64,000 nucleotides of DNA from Spirochaetota bacterium (GTDB taxonomy: Bacteria > Spirochaetota > UBA4802 > UBA5550). Below, piece after piece: positions 9,433-17,407 of this stretch. Under the pieces are notes generated by a model, which was not told the origin of the DNA, made no database searches, and worked only from the letters and a program-made list of their open reading frames with translations. Position numbers and translations under genes: made by a program. Within the stretch, counting starts at the first letter, position 1; each line of letters opens with the position of its first letter. The stretch is from positions 2,297-66,296 of the forward strand of contig JBGTBN010000071.1 in assembly GCA_041749375.1 (NCBI GenBank), given 5' to 3'.

Positions 9433-9903
9433 CTATTGTGACATCTGCGTTTCAATCAGATTGATTATCTCACTGGTTGGGGGAATATCCGACATTGAAT
9501 GACCGTAATGAACAAACCGGACCGTGCCGGATTTATCGATCAGCATCTGGGCGGGCATTCTCCCCAGCTTGAACAGCTTGATCTGCTGACCGTACAGTTT
9601 CAGCACCCGGTGTTCGGGGTCGGGCAGTCCGATGAACCGGAACTGTTCCTTTTCCCAGTACTCCCGGAAGGCATCAGGCTTCTCCGGACCTGCAACAAGG
9701 ATTTCAGTGTCGAGATCCGCGAATTTCTGGTAGTCCCGGCGCAACTGCGCCATGTGCACGCGGCAGAAGGGTCAGAAAAAACCCCGGTTGAAAACAACCA
9801 TGATATTTTTACGGTTGAGAAAATCCGAGAGAGAAATGCGGGTGCCGTTATAGTCATCAAGGGTGAAATCCGGTGCCTTTGCGTGTAATTCGACAACTGG
9901 CAT
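9433..9903 (-). CDS. Peroxiredoxin-like/AhpC-TSA thioredoxin-fold selenoprotein (UxxC)
   Basis: GAGGAGG RBS, ATG 9903. APDFTL..VVFNRGFF-TGA(9772-9774)-PFCR continues in frame to FIGLPDP..IDKSGTVRF. Joins two ORF-track fragments. Confidence 0.85.
9738..9751 (-). promoter_or_regulatory. Candidate bacterial SECIS apical hairpin
   Basis: mRNA GGCGC-AGUU-GCGCC, starting 20 nt 3' of the in-frame UGA, with G in the loop. Confidence 0.65.
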
Positions 9904-10270
9904 GGACGCACCTCCTCGATCAGGGTTATCTCGAACCATAATCCTGCCTGTTACGCCATATAAAGTCAACATAAATTTTATTCTGCCGGGTCGTGCTGGT
10001 CAGCGGTTCCATTGCGTTCATTTCCGCTCGCAACGAGTATTATATCGAGAAATTGGCCATTATTGATGCAGAGCATAATGAATACTGATCATAAATTGAA
10101 TGTGCTTTATTATTTAGTTGACAATTTATTACATATGTAAAAATATATTTACGGGTGATATGGTAATAATGTGAAATGCACACAATGTATCAGGTCGGAG
10201 CGTGATCGGCAATTCGGCCTGGGATTTTCCGCGAAAGTATATTTATTAAATCAATAATTCGGAGGATCTG

Positions 10271-11851
10271 ATGAAGCGTATACCGTTTCTCGCAATGATT
10301 GTCGGGGCAGTGGCAATGGTCTGTGCGTTGTTTTGTTACTCGGTCAATTACGCGGGCAGTTCACCGGTTAGCGGATTTGCAGATATACATATTCACCAGA
10401 TGGCAGAATACGCGTACGCCGGCGCGTGGTTCCACGGAAGCCATAAGGGCGCTGAAAGCGTGGCCCTCAAAGCATGCACCGGTGGAAGCATTTTCGGCGG
10501 GGATCATGCCAGGACAAAGTTCGGGGTCCTGAACGAGTTCCTCGGAAAGTTACCGGGATCCGACGGAGACACGGGCTGGCATTTTTACAAGAAGAACGGG
10601 TTTTCAGCATACACCGGATGGCCGCGTTGGGACACCATCGCGCACCAGCAGGTCTGGGAGGGAGATCTGAAAAAGGCCCATGATAACGGACTCAATCTTT
10701 ACGTAATGTCCGCAGTTGACTTTAAGAATCTATGTGACGCTATGCCGACCGCCAACAGGAAACCGGGGCTTGTCTGTAACGAGATGTCCAGCGTGGACGT
10801 CCAGCTGCAGGCGGCCGTCAATTTCGCCGCAGGGAGGGACTGGGTAAAAATTGCCCGATCACCCGATGAGGCGCGGGCGATCATCAATTCCGGCCGGCTT
10901 GCGATGATCCTCGCAATCGAGGTCACCAGGCTGTTTGACGACGATGACTGGTCGGACCGGCTTGATTACTACTATGACCATTTCGGTGTCCGTTCGGTCC
11001 AGTTCGCGCACCAGCTCGACAACAGGTTCGGCGGCGTTGCACCGCACCACTGGATATTCAAGTTTTTCAAGGTGCTCAGCGACATGGGCCAGGGCGACCT
11101 GAGCCCGGGCTTCGACCTTGACGATGACGGAAAGAACACGCTCGGGCTGACCGGCGAGGGAAAGGAGCTCGGCAGGGCGATGATGGAAAAGAACATGATC
11201 ATCGATATCTCGCATATGTCCGAGCGGGCCGTGCGGGACCTTTATGAGATCGCCAGGGATATGGATTATTACCCGCTGGTGCTTTCCCACGGGCACCTGC
11301 GCTCCATCATGATGAATGAGAAGCAGAAAGAGGAGAAAACCACCCCCGATTACATCATACGGATGATCAGGGAGACAGGGGGCATGATAGGCCTGCGGAC
11401 GGGAGCAGAGCAGGTTAAAACCTATTCGCGCTCGGGAGTGGCCAATGACTGCGACGGTTCCACCAAGTCCTTCGCGCAGGCCTACCAGTACGGCGTCAGG
11501 GGCCTAAGGGTAGATATCGCGTTCGCGAGCGATTTCAACGGCTTTATCCAGCAGCTCAGGCCGCGCTTCGGCGGTGAGAATGAGACCTGCGGGGCTTCCG
11601 GCAATGCAGCGACAGTTAAAGCGCAGAGGTTACGGCAGACCGGCCGCCTGGGGACCGCCCTGGACTACCGGGGGTTCGGCAACATAGGGCTCGAGGGAGA
11701 CATTATCAGTGAACTCAGGAATTTCGGCGTGAACACGTCCGGTCTTGAAAGCTCCGCCGAGACTTTTTTGCAGGTGTGGGAGCGCTGCTACAATGACGAT
11801 CGAATCGGGCCGCTCGATACCAGTGACATGGACACAAGCGGGATTTATTGA
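10271..11851 (+). CDS. Secreted membrane-dipeptidase-like (M19) amidohydrolase
   Basis: Signal peptide; DIHIH, AIE, HQLDN, GLTGEG, IDISH, SHG, SDFNG. Confidence 0.8.
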   Translation: MKRIPFLAMIVGAVAMVCALFCYSVNYAGSSPVSGFADIHIHQMAEYAYAGAWFHGSHKGAESVALKACTGGSIFGGDHARTKFGVLNEFLGKLPGSDGDTGWHFYKKNGFSAYTGWPRWDTIAHQQVWEGDLKKAHDNGLNLYVMSAVDFKNLCDAMPTANRKPGLVCNEMSSVDVQLQAAVNFAAGRDWVKIARSPDEARAIINSGRLAMILAIEVTRLFDDDDWSDRLDYYYDHFGVRSVQFAHQLDNRFGGVAPHHWIFKFFKVLSDMGQGDLSPGFDLDDDGKNTLGLTGEGKELGRAMMEKNMIIDISHMSERAVRDLYEIARDMDYYPLVLSHGHLRSIMMNEKQKEEKTTPDYIIRMIRETGGMIGLRTGAEQVKTYSRSGVANDCDGSTKSFAQAYQYGVRGLRVDIAFASDFNGFIQQLRPRFGGENETCGASGNAATVKAQRLRQTGRLGTALDYRGFGNIGLEGDIISELRNFGVNTSGLESSAETFLQVWERCYNDDRIGPLDTSDMDTSGIY

Positions 11852-11871
11852 TCGGGAGGAGTGATCAAGCG

Positions 11872-11899
11872 AAGGCCGTCCCGGAGGGGCGGCCTTTTT
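11872..11899. terminator. Intrinsic (probably bidirectional) terminator
   Basis: AAGGCCGTCC-CGGA-GGGGCGGCCTTTTT between convergent genes. Confidence 0.8.
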
Positions 11900-11943
11900 C
11901 ATTGAGGGGGAATACTACAGGTCTTGAACTGACAAAGCCGCTG

Positions 11944-12300
11944 TCAGTTTTTATCCTCCATGATGCAGGTACCGTTGAAGATCGAGCCTGATTCGATCGT
12001 CAGCTCCGGCGCGACGATATCTCCGGTGGTCTTGCTCTTCTTGAACAGCTCGATTTTCTTCAAGGCCTTGATCTTGCCGCTGAACACGCCGCTGATATTT
12101 ACCTCGGTGGCCTTCACGTCGGCGCTGACCTTGGCTTCGCGTCCCACGATGAGCTGGCCGTCCGTTTCGATCCTCCCCTCGAAGGAGCCTTTTATCTTCA
12201 GGGAATTCTTGAATTTAAGGCTTCCCTTGAACGCTATGTCATCGGCTATGACCGTGTCTATCTTGTTTTCGTCCTCTAGTGTTTCTTTCGGATCTGTCAT
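11944..12300 (-). CDS. Bactofilin (polymer-forming cytoskeletal protein)
   Basis: TVIA..FKG..LKIKG.FEG.I..G.L.VG..V.A beta-helix pattern, GSIFNGTCIM; start at ATG 12300 with GGAGAGG RBS. Confidence 0.9.
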   Translation of the reverse strand: MTDPKETLEDENKIDTVIADDIAFKGSLKFKNSLKIKGSFEGRIETDGQLIVGREAKVSADVKATEVNISGVFSGKIKALKKIELFKKSKTTGDIVAPELTIESGSIFNGTCIMEDKN

Positions 12301-12509
12301 CGTCCTCTCCATGTTGAATAGTAGCCGCTGTGACTCTTCCAAAAAGCCGGCGGGTACGGGCATATGCGGAACCTTATAATACTGCCGGTAAAATGTCAAT
12401 AAAAAACAGCGGGCACTGTGCGAACGGCAGGCATGCCGGGCCATGAAAAATAATCTTGAATATTATTGTGCCCGGTGCTATCGTTGGCGGGGCAGGATAG
12501 GACTTGATT

Positions 12510-12845
12510 ATGGAAGAGATTTTGAAAAAAGCGGAAGAGCTGGGGCGGTTGCTCAGGGAGACCGATATATATCGGGACTTCCAGGATGCCTCCGGGAGGC
12601 TTCATGCGGACGCTGACGCGGAAAAGCTCCTCGATGATTACATCAAGGTATCGAAGTATATCCGTGAACGGCAGGAGATGGGCGATATCATCGAGAAATT
12701 CGAGATCGAGAATATCAAGAGCATGTCATCGCTGGTTTCCGACAACGAGATGATCATGCAGTACCTCAGGGCGCAGCAGGAATACCTCGACCTGATACTA
12801 CTGATCCAGAAAGAGCTCGAAGACATCGGTCCTGACGGATGCTGA
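12510..12845 (+). CDS. YlbF/YmcA (Com_YlbF) family regulator
   Basis: KAEELGRLL.ETD.Y..F..A, ..N..I..YL.AQ helical pattern. Confidence 0.7.
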   Translation: MEEILKKAEELGRLLRETDIYRDFQDASGRLHADADAEKLLDDYIKVSKYIRERQEMGDIIEKFEIENIKSMSSLVSDNEMIMQYLRAQQEYLDLILLIQKELEDIGPDGC

Positions 12846-12900
12846 GCCGGGCTCGTTTATGGTCATCATGGCGATAGGCGATATTAATAAATATTTATAG

Positions 12901-12929
12901 TTGACTAATTATTCCTGTATGGTTATTCT
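12901..12929 (+). promoter_or_regulatory. Putative sigma70 promoter of the SPFH/DUF4178/speE operon
   Basis: TTGACT-17 nt-TATTCT in AT-rich intergenic DNA. Confidence 0.55.
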
Positions 12930-13052
12930 ACTTGTTGCATAACATGATGATAATGAGGTTTTACAGGCGCACGGGGTGCCAGGTAAAGCAGTATTCATGG
13001 TCACCGGTTATGCGGCAGGACTATTAATCAATAATCAAAGAGGGGTTGTGCC

Positions 13053-13580
13053 ATGCAACCAAATTTGGACAACGTGAAGAAGAAGATCCAGGAGAACAGG
13101 GACCTGGTGAGTAAAATTACCGCCAGGTTTCCCGGCTACTCCGGGTACGTAGAAAAGGCGGAGACCTACGACGCCGATACAATCGTCCGCGGTCTGCTGG
13201 CGGACCGGGTGGGATCGTTCAAGGCCGCCGTCAACGAGAAGTCCTCTGACCTTGCGCAAAAGAAGGAGCGGGGACCGCTTCCGGACCTCGACGCCCTGAG
13301 CCTGAAGATGGAGACCGTCATCAAGAAGTGCCGGCACGCCGATTTCGGAAAGGCCGCGGCTCTCTCGAGCATGAAGCTTTCCGACGATGACGTGAACAGG
13401 CTCCTCGAATATGACTGGCGGCTCATCTCATCGCTTGACGAGTTGGAAACGGCATTGTCCGGGATCAAAGCCGCGTCTGCCGAAAGCCTGGGCCCGGTCA
13501 TCGGCGGGATATCCGATAAACTGAAAGAATTCGAAAAAAAATTCGATGAAAGAAAAAATGTGTTACTGGAGGTGTTGTAA
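13053..13580 (+). CDS. Conserved helical hypothetical protein (SPFH-operon associated)
   Basis: FPGYSGY.EK...DAD..VR and L.EYD motifs; abuts the SPFH gene (TAA-ATG). Confidence 0.75.
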   Translation: MQPNLDNVKKKIQENRDLVSKITARFPGYSGYVEKAETYDADTIVRGLLADRVGSFKAAVNEKSSDLAQKKERGPLPDLDALSLKMETVIKKCRHADFGKAAALSSMKLSDDDVNRLLEYDWRLISSLDELETALSGIKAASAESLGPVIGGISDKLKEFEKKFDERKNVLLEVL

Positions 13581-14702
13581 ATGGCCCTGATAGATGTAGT
13601 CGAATGGAAAAATAAACCGGGTGAAGTAATGTACCGATTCCAGGAGGGAGCCATATCCCTTGGTGCCCAGCTGATCGTAATGGAAAACCAGGAGGCCATC
13701 TTTTTCAGGGAAGGCCGCGCCCTTGACAGCTTCGGTCCGGGACGACATACCCTCAAGTCGGGCAACATCCCCATACTTGAAAAATTGATAAACATTCCCT
13801 TTGGCGGCAAATCGCCGTTCCCGGCTGAAGTATACTTTATCAACAAGACCGAGATCCCCAACCTGAAGTGGGGCACCAAGACGCCAATCGATCTCCTGGA
13901 CCCGCTCTATAACATCGCGGTCCCGATCCGGGCGTTCGGAAATTTTTCGATAAAAATAAAGGACACCAAGTCCTTTCTCACCATGGCCATCGGGACATGG
14001 CAGGCCTACACCACCGAGGCGATTGAAACAACGCTCCGCGACCAGGTCATACTGCCGAAGCTCTCCGACCTCATCACCGAGCTCATGGAAAAGGAAAAGA
14101 TAACCATACTGAAGCTCGCGCCGTTCTATGACGAGATCGGCAGCTACGGGAAGGCGAAGATACTGGATGATTTCGCAAGTTACGGGCTTGAGCTGGTCAG
14201 GTTCGCGGTCGAGTCGATCAACGTGCCACAGGAGGACGAATCGGTCAAGCGGCTCAAGAAGGCGCTGGCGGACAAGGCCGAGATCGGCATCATAGGCCAG
14301 GACGACTACAAGATGAAGCGGACCTTCGACACGATGGAAAAGGCTGCCGACGGCGACGGTATGGCCGGAGGTATGATGGGTGCCGGCATGGGCGTGGGTA
14401 TGGGCCAGCAGATGGCCGGCATGATGGGATCGGCCATGGGCGGCGCAACCGGCCAGGGCGCTAAAGTTGCATGTCCCCACTGCAATGCGCAGAACCCGGC
14501 AGGGGCGAAATTCTGCTCCTCGTGCGGGAAGGAGATCGTCTCCGGCATGGCATGCCCCAAGTGCAAGGCGAAGTTCCCGGCCAATTCGAAGTTCTGTCCC
14601 GAGTGCGGGGCGAACCTCGAGGGCGCCGCATGCACCAAGTGCGGGGCCAGGCTGCAGCCGGGCGCAAAGTTCTGTCCCGAGTGCGGGGCGCAGCAGGGAT
14701 AA
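13581..14702 (+). CDS. SPFH/Band-7-like protein (YdjI type) with C-terminal zinc ribbons
   Basis: GAQLIV.ENQEAIF, FGPGRHTL...NIP, KWGT, GMGVGMG linker, three CxxC..KFCxxCG ribbons. Confidence 0.9.
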   Translation: MALIDVVEWKNKPGEVMYRFQEGAISLGAQLIVMENQEAIFFREGRALDSFGPGRHTLKSGNIPILEKLINIPFGGKSPFPAEVYFINKTEIPNLKWGTKTPIDLLDPLYNIAVPIRAFGNFSIKIKDTKSFLTMAIGTWQAYTTEAIETTLRDQVILPKLSDLITELMEKEKITILKLAPFYDEIGSYGKAKILDDFASYGLELVRFAVESINVPQEDESVKRLKKALADKAEIGIIGQDDYKMKRTFDTMEKAADGDGMAGGMMGAGMGVGMGQQMAGMMGSAMGGATGQGAKVACPHCNAQNPAGAKFCSSCGKEIVSGMACPKCKAKFPANSKFCPECGANLEGAACTKCGARLQPGAKFCPECGAQQG

Positions 14703-14708
14703 GCAGCA

Positions 14709-15308
14709 ATGTCGGCAACGCAATGCCCCTCGTGCGGGGCGCCGGTCGCGGTCAGGAACAGGTTCAGCAAGGTTCTTGTCTGTTCCTATTGCGGCACGCA
14801 CCTCCGCCTGTCGGGAGACGGGTTCGATGCGACCGGGAAGCACCCGAAGCTTGCGGAGTTCCCGTCCCTGTTCAAGGTGGGGGGCACGGGTGCAATCCTG
14901 GGCAAGCCGTTCACGGCCCTGGGCAGAATGCGCTATAACTATCCGGGCGGGCATTTCGACGAGTGGTTCATGGAATATGACGGCGGCACTGCCTGGGTAA
15001 CCGAGGACGAGGGGACAGTATCCCTCTATACCGAGGTCGAGGAAGCGCTTGAGTTCCCGGACATCACCACGGTCCGCGCCGGCCAGAACGTGATGATCGG
15101 CCAGAAAAAAGTGATGGTCAAGGAAAAGGGGAGTGCAGAGGTTGCCGGCGCGGAAGGTGAGCTCTCCTTCTATATCGAGCCTGGCACAAAGCTGACCTAC
15201 ATGGACGGTGTTTCTGACGGCAGGAAGGTTTCCATCGAAGCGACCGAGAACGAGATCGAGCTGTTCTCCGGCAGGCAGCTCCTGGCGAGGGACATTGTGG
15301 TAAGCTGA
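14709..15308 (+). CDS. Zn-ribbon + DUF4178-like protein
   Basis: CPSCGA..CSYCG; GR.RY.Y..G..DEW..W..EDEG; AEGEL. Confidence 0.8.
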   Translation: MSATQCPSCGAPVAVRNRFSKVLVCSYCGTHLRLSGDGFDATGKHPKLAEFPSLFKVGGTGAILGKPFTALGRMRYNYPGGHFDEWFMEYDGGTAWVTEDEGTVSLYTEVEEALEFPDITTVRAGQNVMIGQKKVMVKEKGSAEVAGAEGELSFYIEPGTKLTYMDGVSDGRKVSIEATENEIELFSGRQLLARDIVVS

Positions 15309-15338
15309 TAGCTCCGCAAACGTTTGCGGAGCTATCAG
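15305..15338. repeat. Perfect 34-bp palindrome (REP-like)
   Basis: CTGATAGCTCCGCAAAC|GTTTGCGGAGCTATCAG; degenerate copy at 20256-20285. Confidence 0.85.
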
Positions 15339-15419
15339 GGCGCCTCGCAATGCCCATAAGTGGTTACTGTCACTTCTTATGATTAAGAATGCAATACCTG
15401 GAATCGAATCGAGGACCCG

Positions 15420-16826
15420 ATGGGTACTGACAACCCCGAATTAAAAGCTCTGAAATGCTCCAAGTGCGGGGGTGATCTGGTTAAAAGCTACCGGACGGAG
15501 TATGATGACGAAGAGGAAGAGAACGTCAGCATACCGACGGCGAAATGCTCCGCCTGCGGGCAGGAATACGACCGGAAAACCGAGGAATATTACGGGGTAT
15601 TTGCGGACGACCTGTCATCGGACAGGGACGCTTCGGTCTTCAAGCTCGGGATAAAGGGCACGTTGAAGGGTGTCGAGTACGAGATCATCGGGCGCATACG
15701 ATATCAGGACGAGGACGAGTGGGAAAAGTCGACGTGGGACGAGTGGTTTGCCGTTTCCGCGGACGGGGCTTATCACTATTTCGTCGAAGAGGACGGCGAG
15801 GTCCACTCGTACGAGGATTACACGCCGCAGTCGATCGACCTGGAATCAGACCCGGGCGCGATAGAGTTCGATGGGAAAAAGATCTCCCGTGACGAGGCCT
15901 ACATCGGACGCATCGTGTTCGCGGAGGGTGAGCTCCCCTGGAAGCCGGAGATCGGCGAACCCGCCACGATGTACGACTTCAAGAAGGACGGCGCAAAGTA
16001 CACCATCGAGCATTCCGAGGGCGAGGTCTCGATCACCCGGGGCGAAAAGATATCATACAACGACATCGTCAACTCGTTCGGCGGGGAGAAGGAGAAGGGC
16101 CAGTACCAGGAGACCATGACGATGCGTACGAACTACCGTCGCCGTGCCTTCGTATACCTGGCCGGGTGCGCCGTCACCTTCATCCTGGCGGCAGTGAGCT
16201 GCTTTAATTCCTCACCGGTCGACGGAATCATGAAAAACAGGACCGATCTTGCCACGAATGCCGTCGTCAGCGAGAACGGCCAGAACATGTACCAGAGCGA
16301 AGTCCTGTTAGGCCCGTTTGAGCTGAAGAAGGGTGAGGCGCTCTATAACGCGCAGGTGTCGGTCAACGAGTCGGTGCAGAAACTGAGCCTGGAATGGCAG
16401 TCGTTCAGGCTCCTGCTGGTCCCGGCTGACCGGCTCCAGAAGGCGGCGAACGGCCGGATGACACCGGCCGTCCTCGGGGACGTGTTCGACGATGTGGACG
16501 CCCTCAGGGAGCCGGTGGAGTGTTATTCCATGAGCGGCGATTTCTGGGACGAGGAGGGGCACGACGACGAGGGCTACTGGCACGAGAGCGACCTTTCCGT
16601 TGACGACGATTTCGTGCTCGAAAAGCCGGGCAGCTACTACGCTTTCCTCGAGCTTACCAGCCAGAAGCCCCGGTCCGCGCTGGCGGTCGAGGTGAAGCTG
16701 GAGCGGACCTCGAGCTATCGGTATTATATCATCATCATCGCGGTTCTGGCCGCCCTCTGGTTTTACAACAGGGCGAAGTCCCGGTCCTATAACGCGATGT
16801 CGTTCTCTATGTCAAACGAGGGGTAG
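15420..16826 (+). CDS. Zn-ribbon + DUF4178-like membrane protein
   Basis: CSKCG..CSACG; GRIRY..WDEW..EEDG; AEGELPW; two TM segments flanking an acidic extracytoplasmic domain (DDEGYWHE). Confidence 0.8.
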   Translation: MGTDNPELKALKCSKCGGDLVKSYRTEYDDEEEENVSIPTAKCSACGQEYDRKTEEYYGVFADDLSSDRDASVFKLGIKGTLKGVEYEIIGRIRYQDEDEWEKSTWDEWFAVSADGAYHYFVEEDGEVHSYEDYTPQSIDLESDPGAIEFDGKKISRDEAYIGRIVFAEGELPWKPEIGEPATMYDFKKDGAKYTIEHSEGEVSITRGEKISYNDIVNSFGGEKEKGQYQETMTMRTNYRRRAFVYLAGCAVTFILAAVSCFNSSPVDGIMKNRTDLATNAVVSENGQNMYQSEVLLGPFELKKGEALYNAQVSVNESVQKLSLEWQSFRLLLVPADRLQKAANGRMTPAVLGDVFDDVDALREPVECYSMSGDFWDEEGHDDEGYWHESDLSVDDDFVLEKPGSYYAFLELTSQKPRSALAVEVKLERTSSYRYYIIIIAVLAALWFYNRAKSRSYNAMSFSMSNEG

Positions 16827-16831
16827 CGATC

Positions 16832-17017
16832 ATGATACGGAGCATTCTCATCGCGGCGCTAATTATGGGAGGCGGGTTCGCGATGTCCACCTTCAATGTC
16901 GGGTATTCGACCGCCGGGGAGAAATACATCTCCAAACACCGGGACGAGCGAAAAACGCTCAGGCCCGGGTATTATTACGGCCGGGCCGGGTACGGCGGCT
17001 TCAGGGGAGGGAAATGA
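16832..17017 (+). CDS. Small exported/membrane peptide with Tyr/Gly-rich GGK tail
   Basis: Hydrophobic N-terminus; ends YYYGRAGYGGFRGGK; tightly coupled in the operon. Confidence 0.7.
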   Translation: MIRSILIAALIMGGGFAMSTFNVGYSTAGEKYISKHRDERKTLRPGYYYGRAGYGGFRGGK

Positions 17018-17095
17018 TCATCTGCCTGCTGCGCCGGCAGGACACTGATACGGGCCTTACTGTCACGCATTATAATTCGAGGAGGACACACGATT

Positions 17096-17398
17096 ATGGA
17101 TTGGGGAACCCTGTTGCACGGAATATTGGATACGGCCATTTACTCTCTCGTCGGGATCATCATGATGGGTATCGGCATATTCCTGGTCATTCTATTCACG
17201 CCTTTTTCAGTTAAGAAGGAGATCGAGGACGACCAGAACACGTCCCTGGGGATCATTATCGGCGCCGTCATTCTGGGCATCGCCATAATCATCGCGGGTG
17301 TGGTCTCCTCACCGAGCTCGGATTACAAGAGGAAAGACCGCACTGCGAAGATCGAGCAGAAGGCCGACGTAAAAGACTCAGACGCGGCCGGCAAATAG
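17096..17398 (+). CDS. DUF350 family membrane protein
   Basis: Two TMs around TPF..KEI..DQN..LGI; GAGGAGG RBS. Confidence 0.88.
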   Translation: MDWGTLLHGILDTAIYSLVGIIMMGIGIFLVILFTPFSVKKEIEDDQNTSLGIIIGAVILGIAIIIAGVVSSPSSDYKRKDRTAKIEQKADVKDSDAAGK

Positions 17399-17407
17399 CA
17401 CCCCGTC

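Noticed and set aside
10170-10184. CRP/FNR-like site TGTGAAATGCACACA
   Set aside because: Spacing and second half-site deviate from consensus, and it lies in AT-rich DNA where chance matches are likely
12837-12890. Sec read-through of the YlbF-like gene (GC-TGA)
   Set aside because: No convincing SECIS, and the extension has no recognisable motif; treated as a true stop
14467-14696. Repeated DNA (AAGTTCTGTCCCGAGTGCGGGGCG twice) as CRISPR or tandem repeat
   Set aside because: Coding repeats of the KFCPECGA zinc ribbons
15306-15311. UGA followed by a hairpin as a Sec codon or fusion of the DUF4178 genes
   Set aside because: TGA is immediately followed by in-frame TAG, and it is not at a Cys-type position
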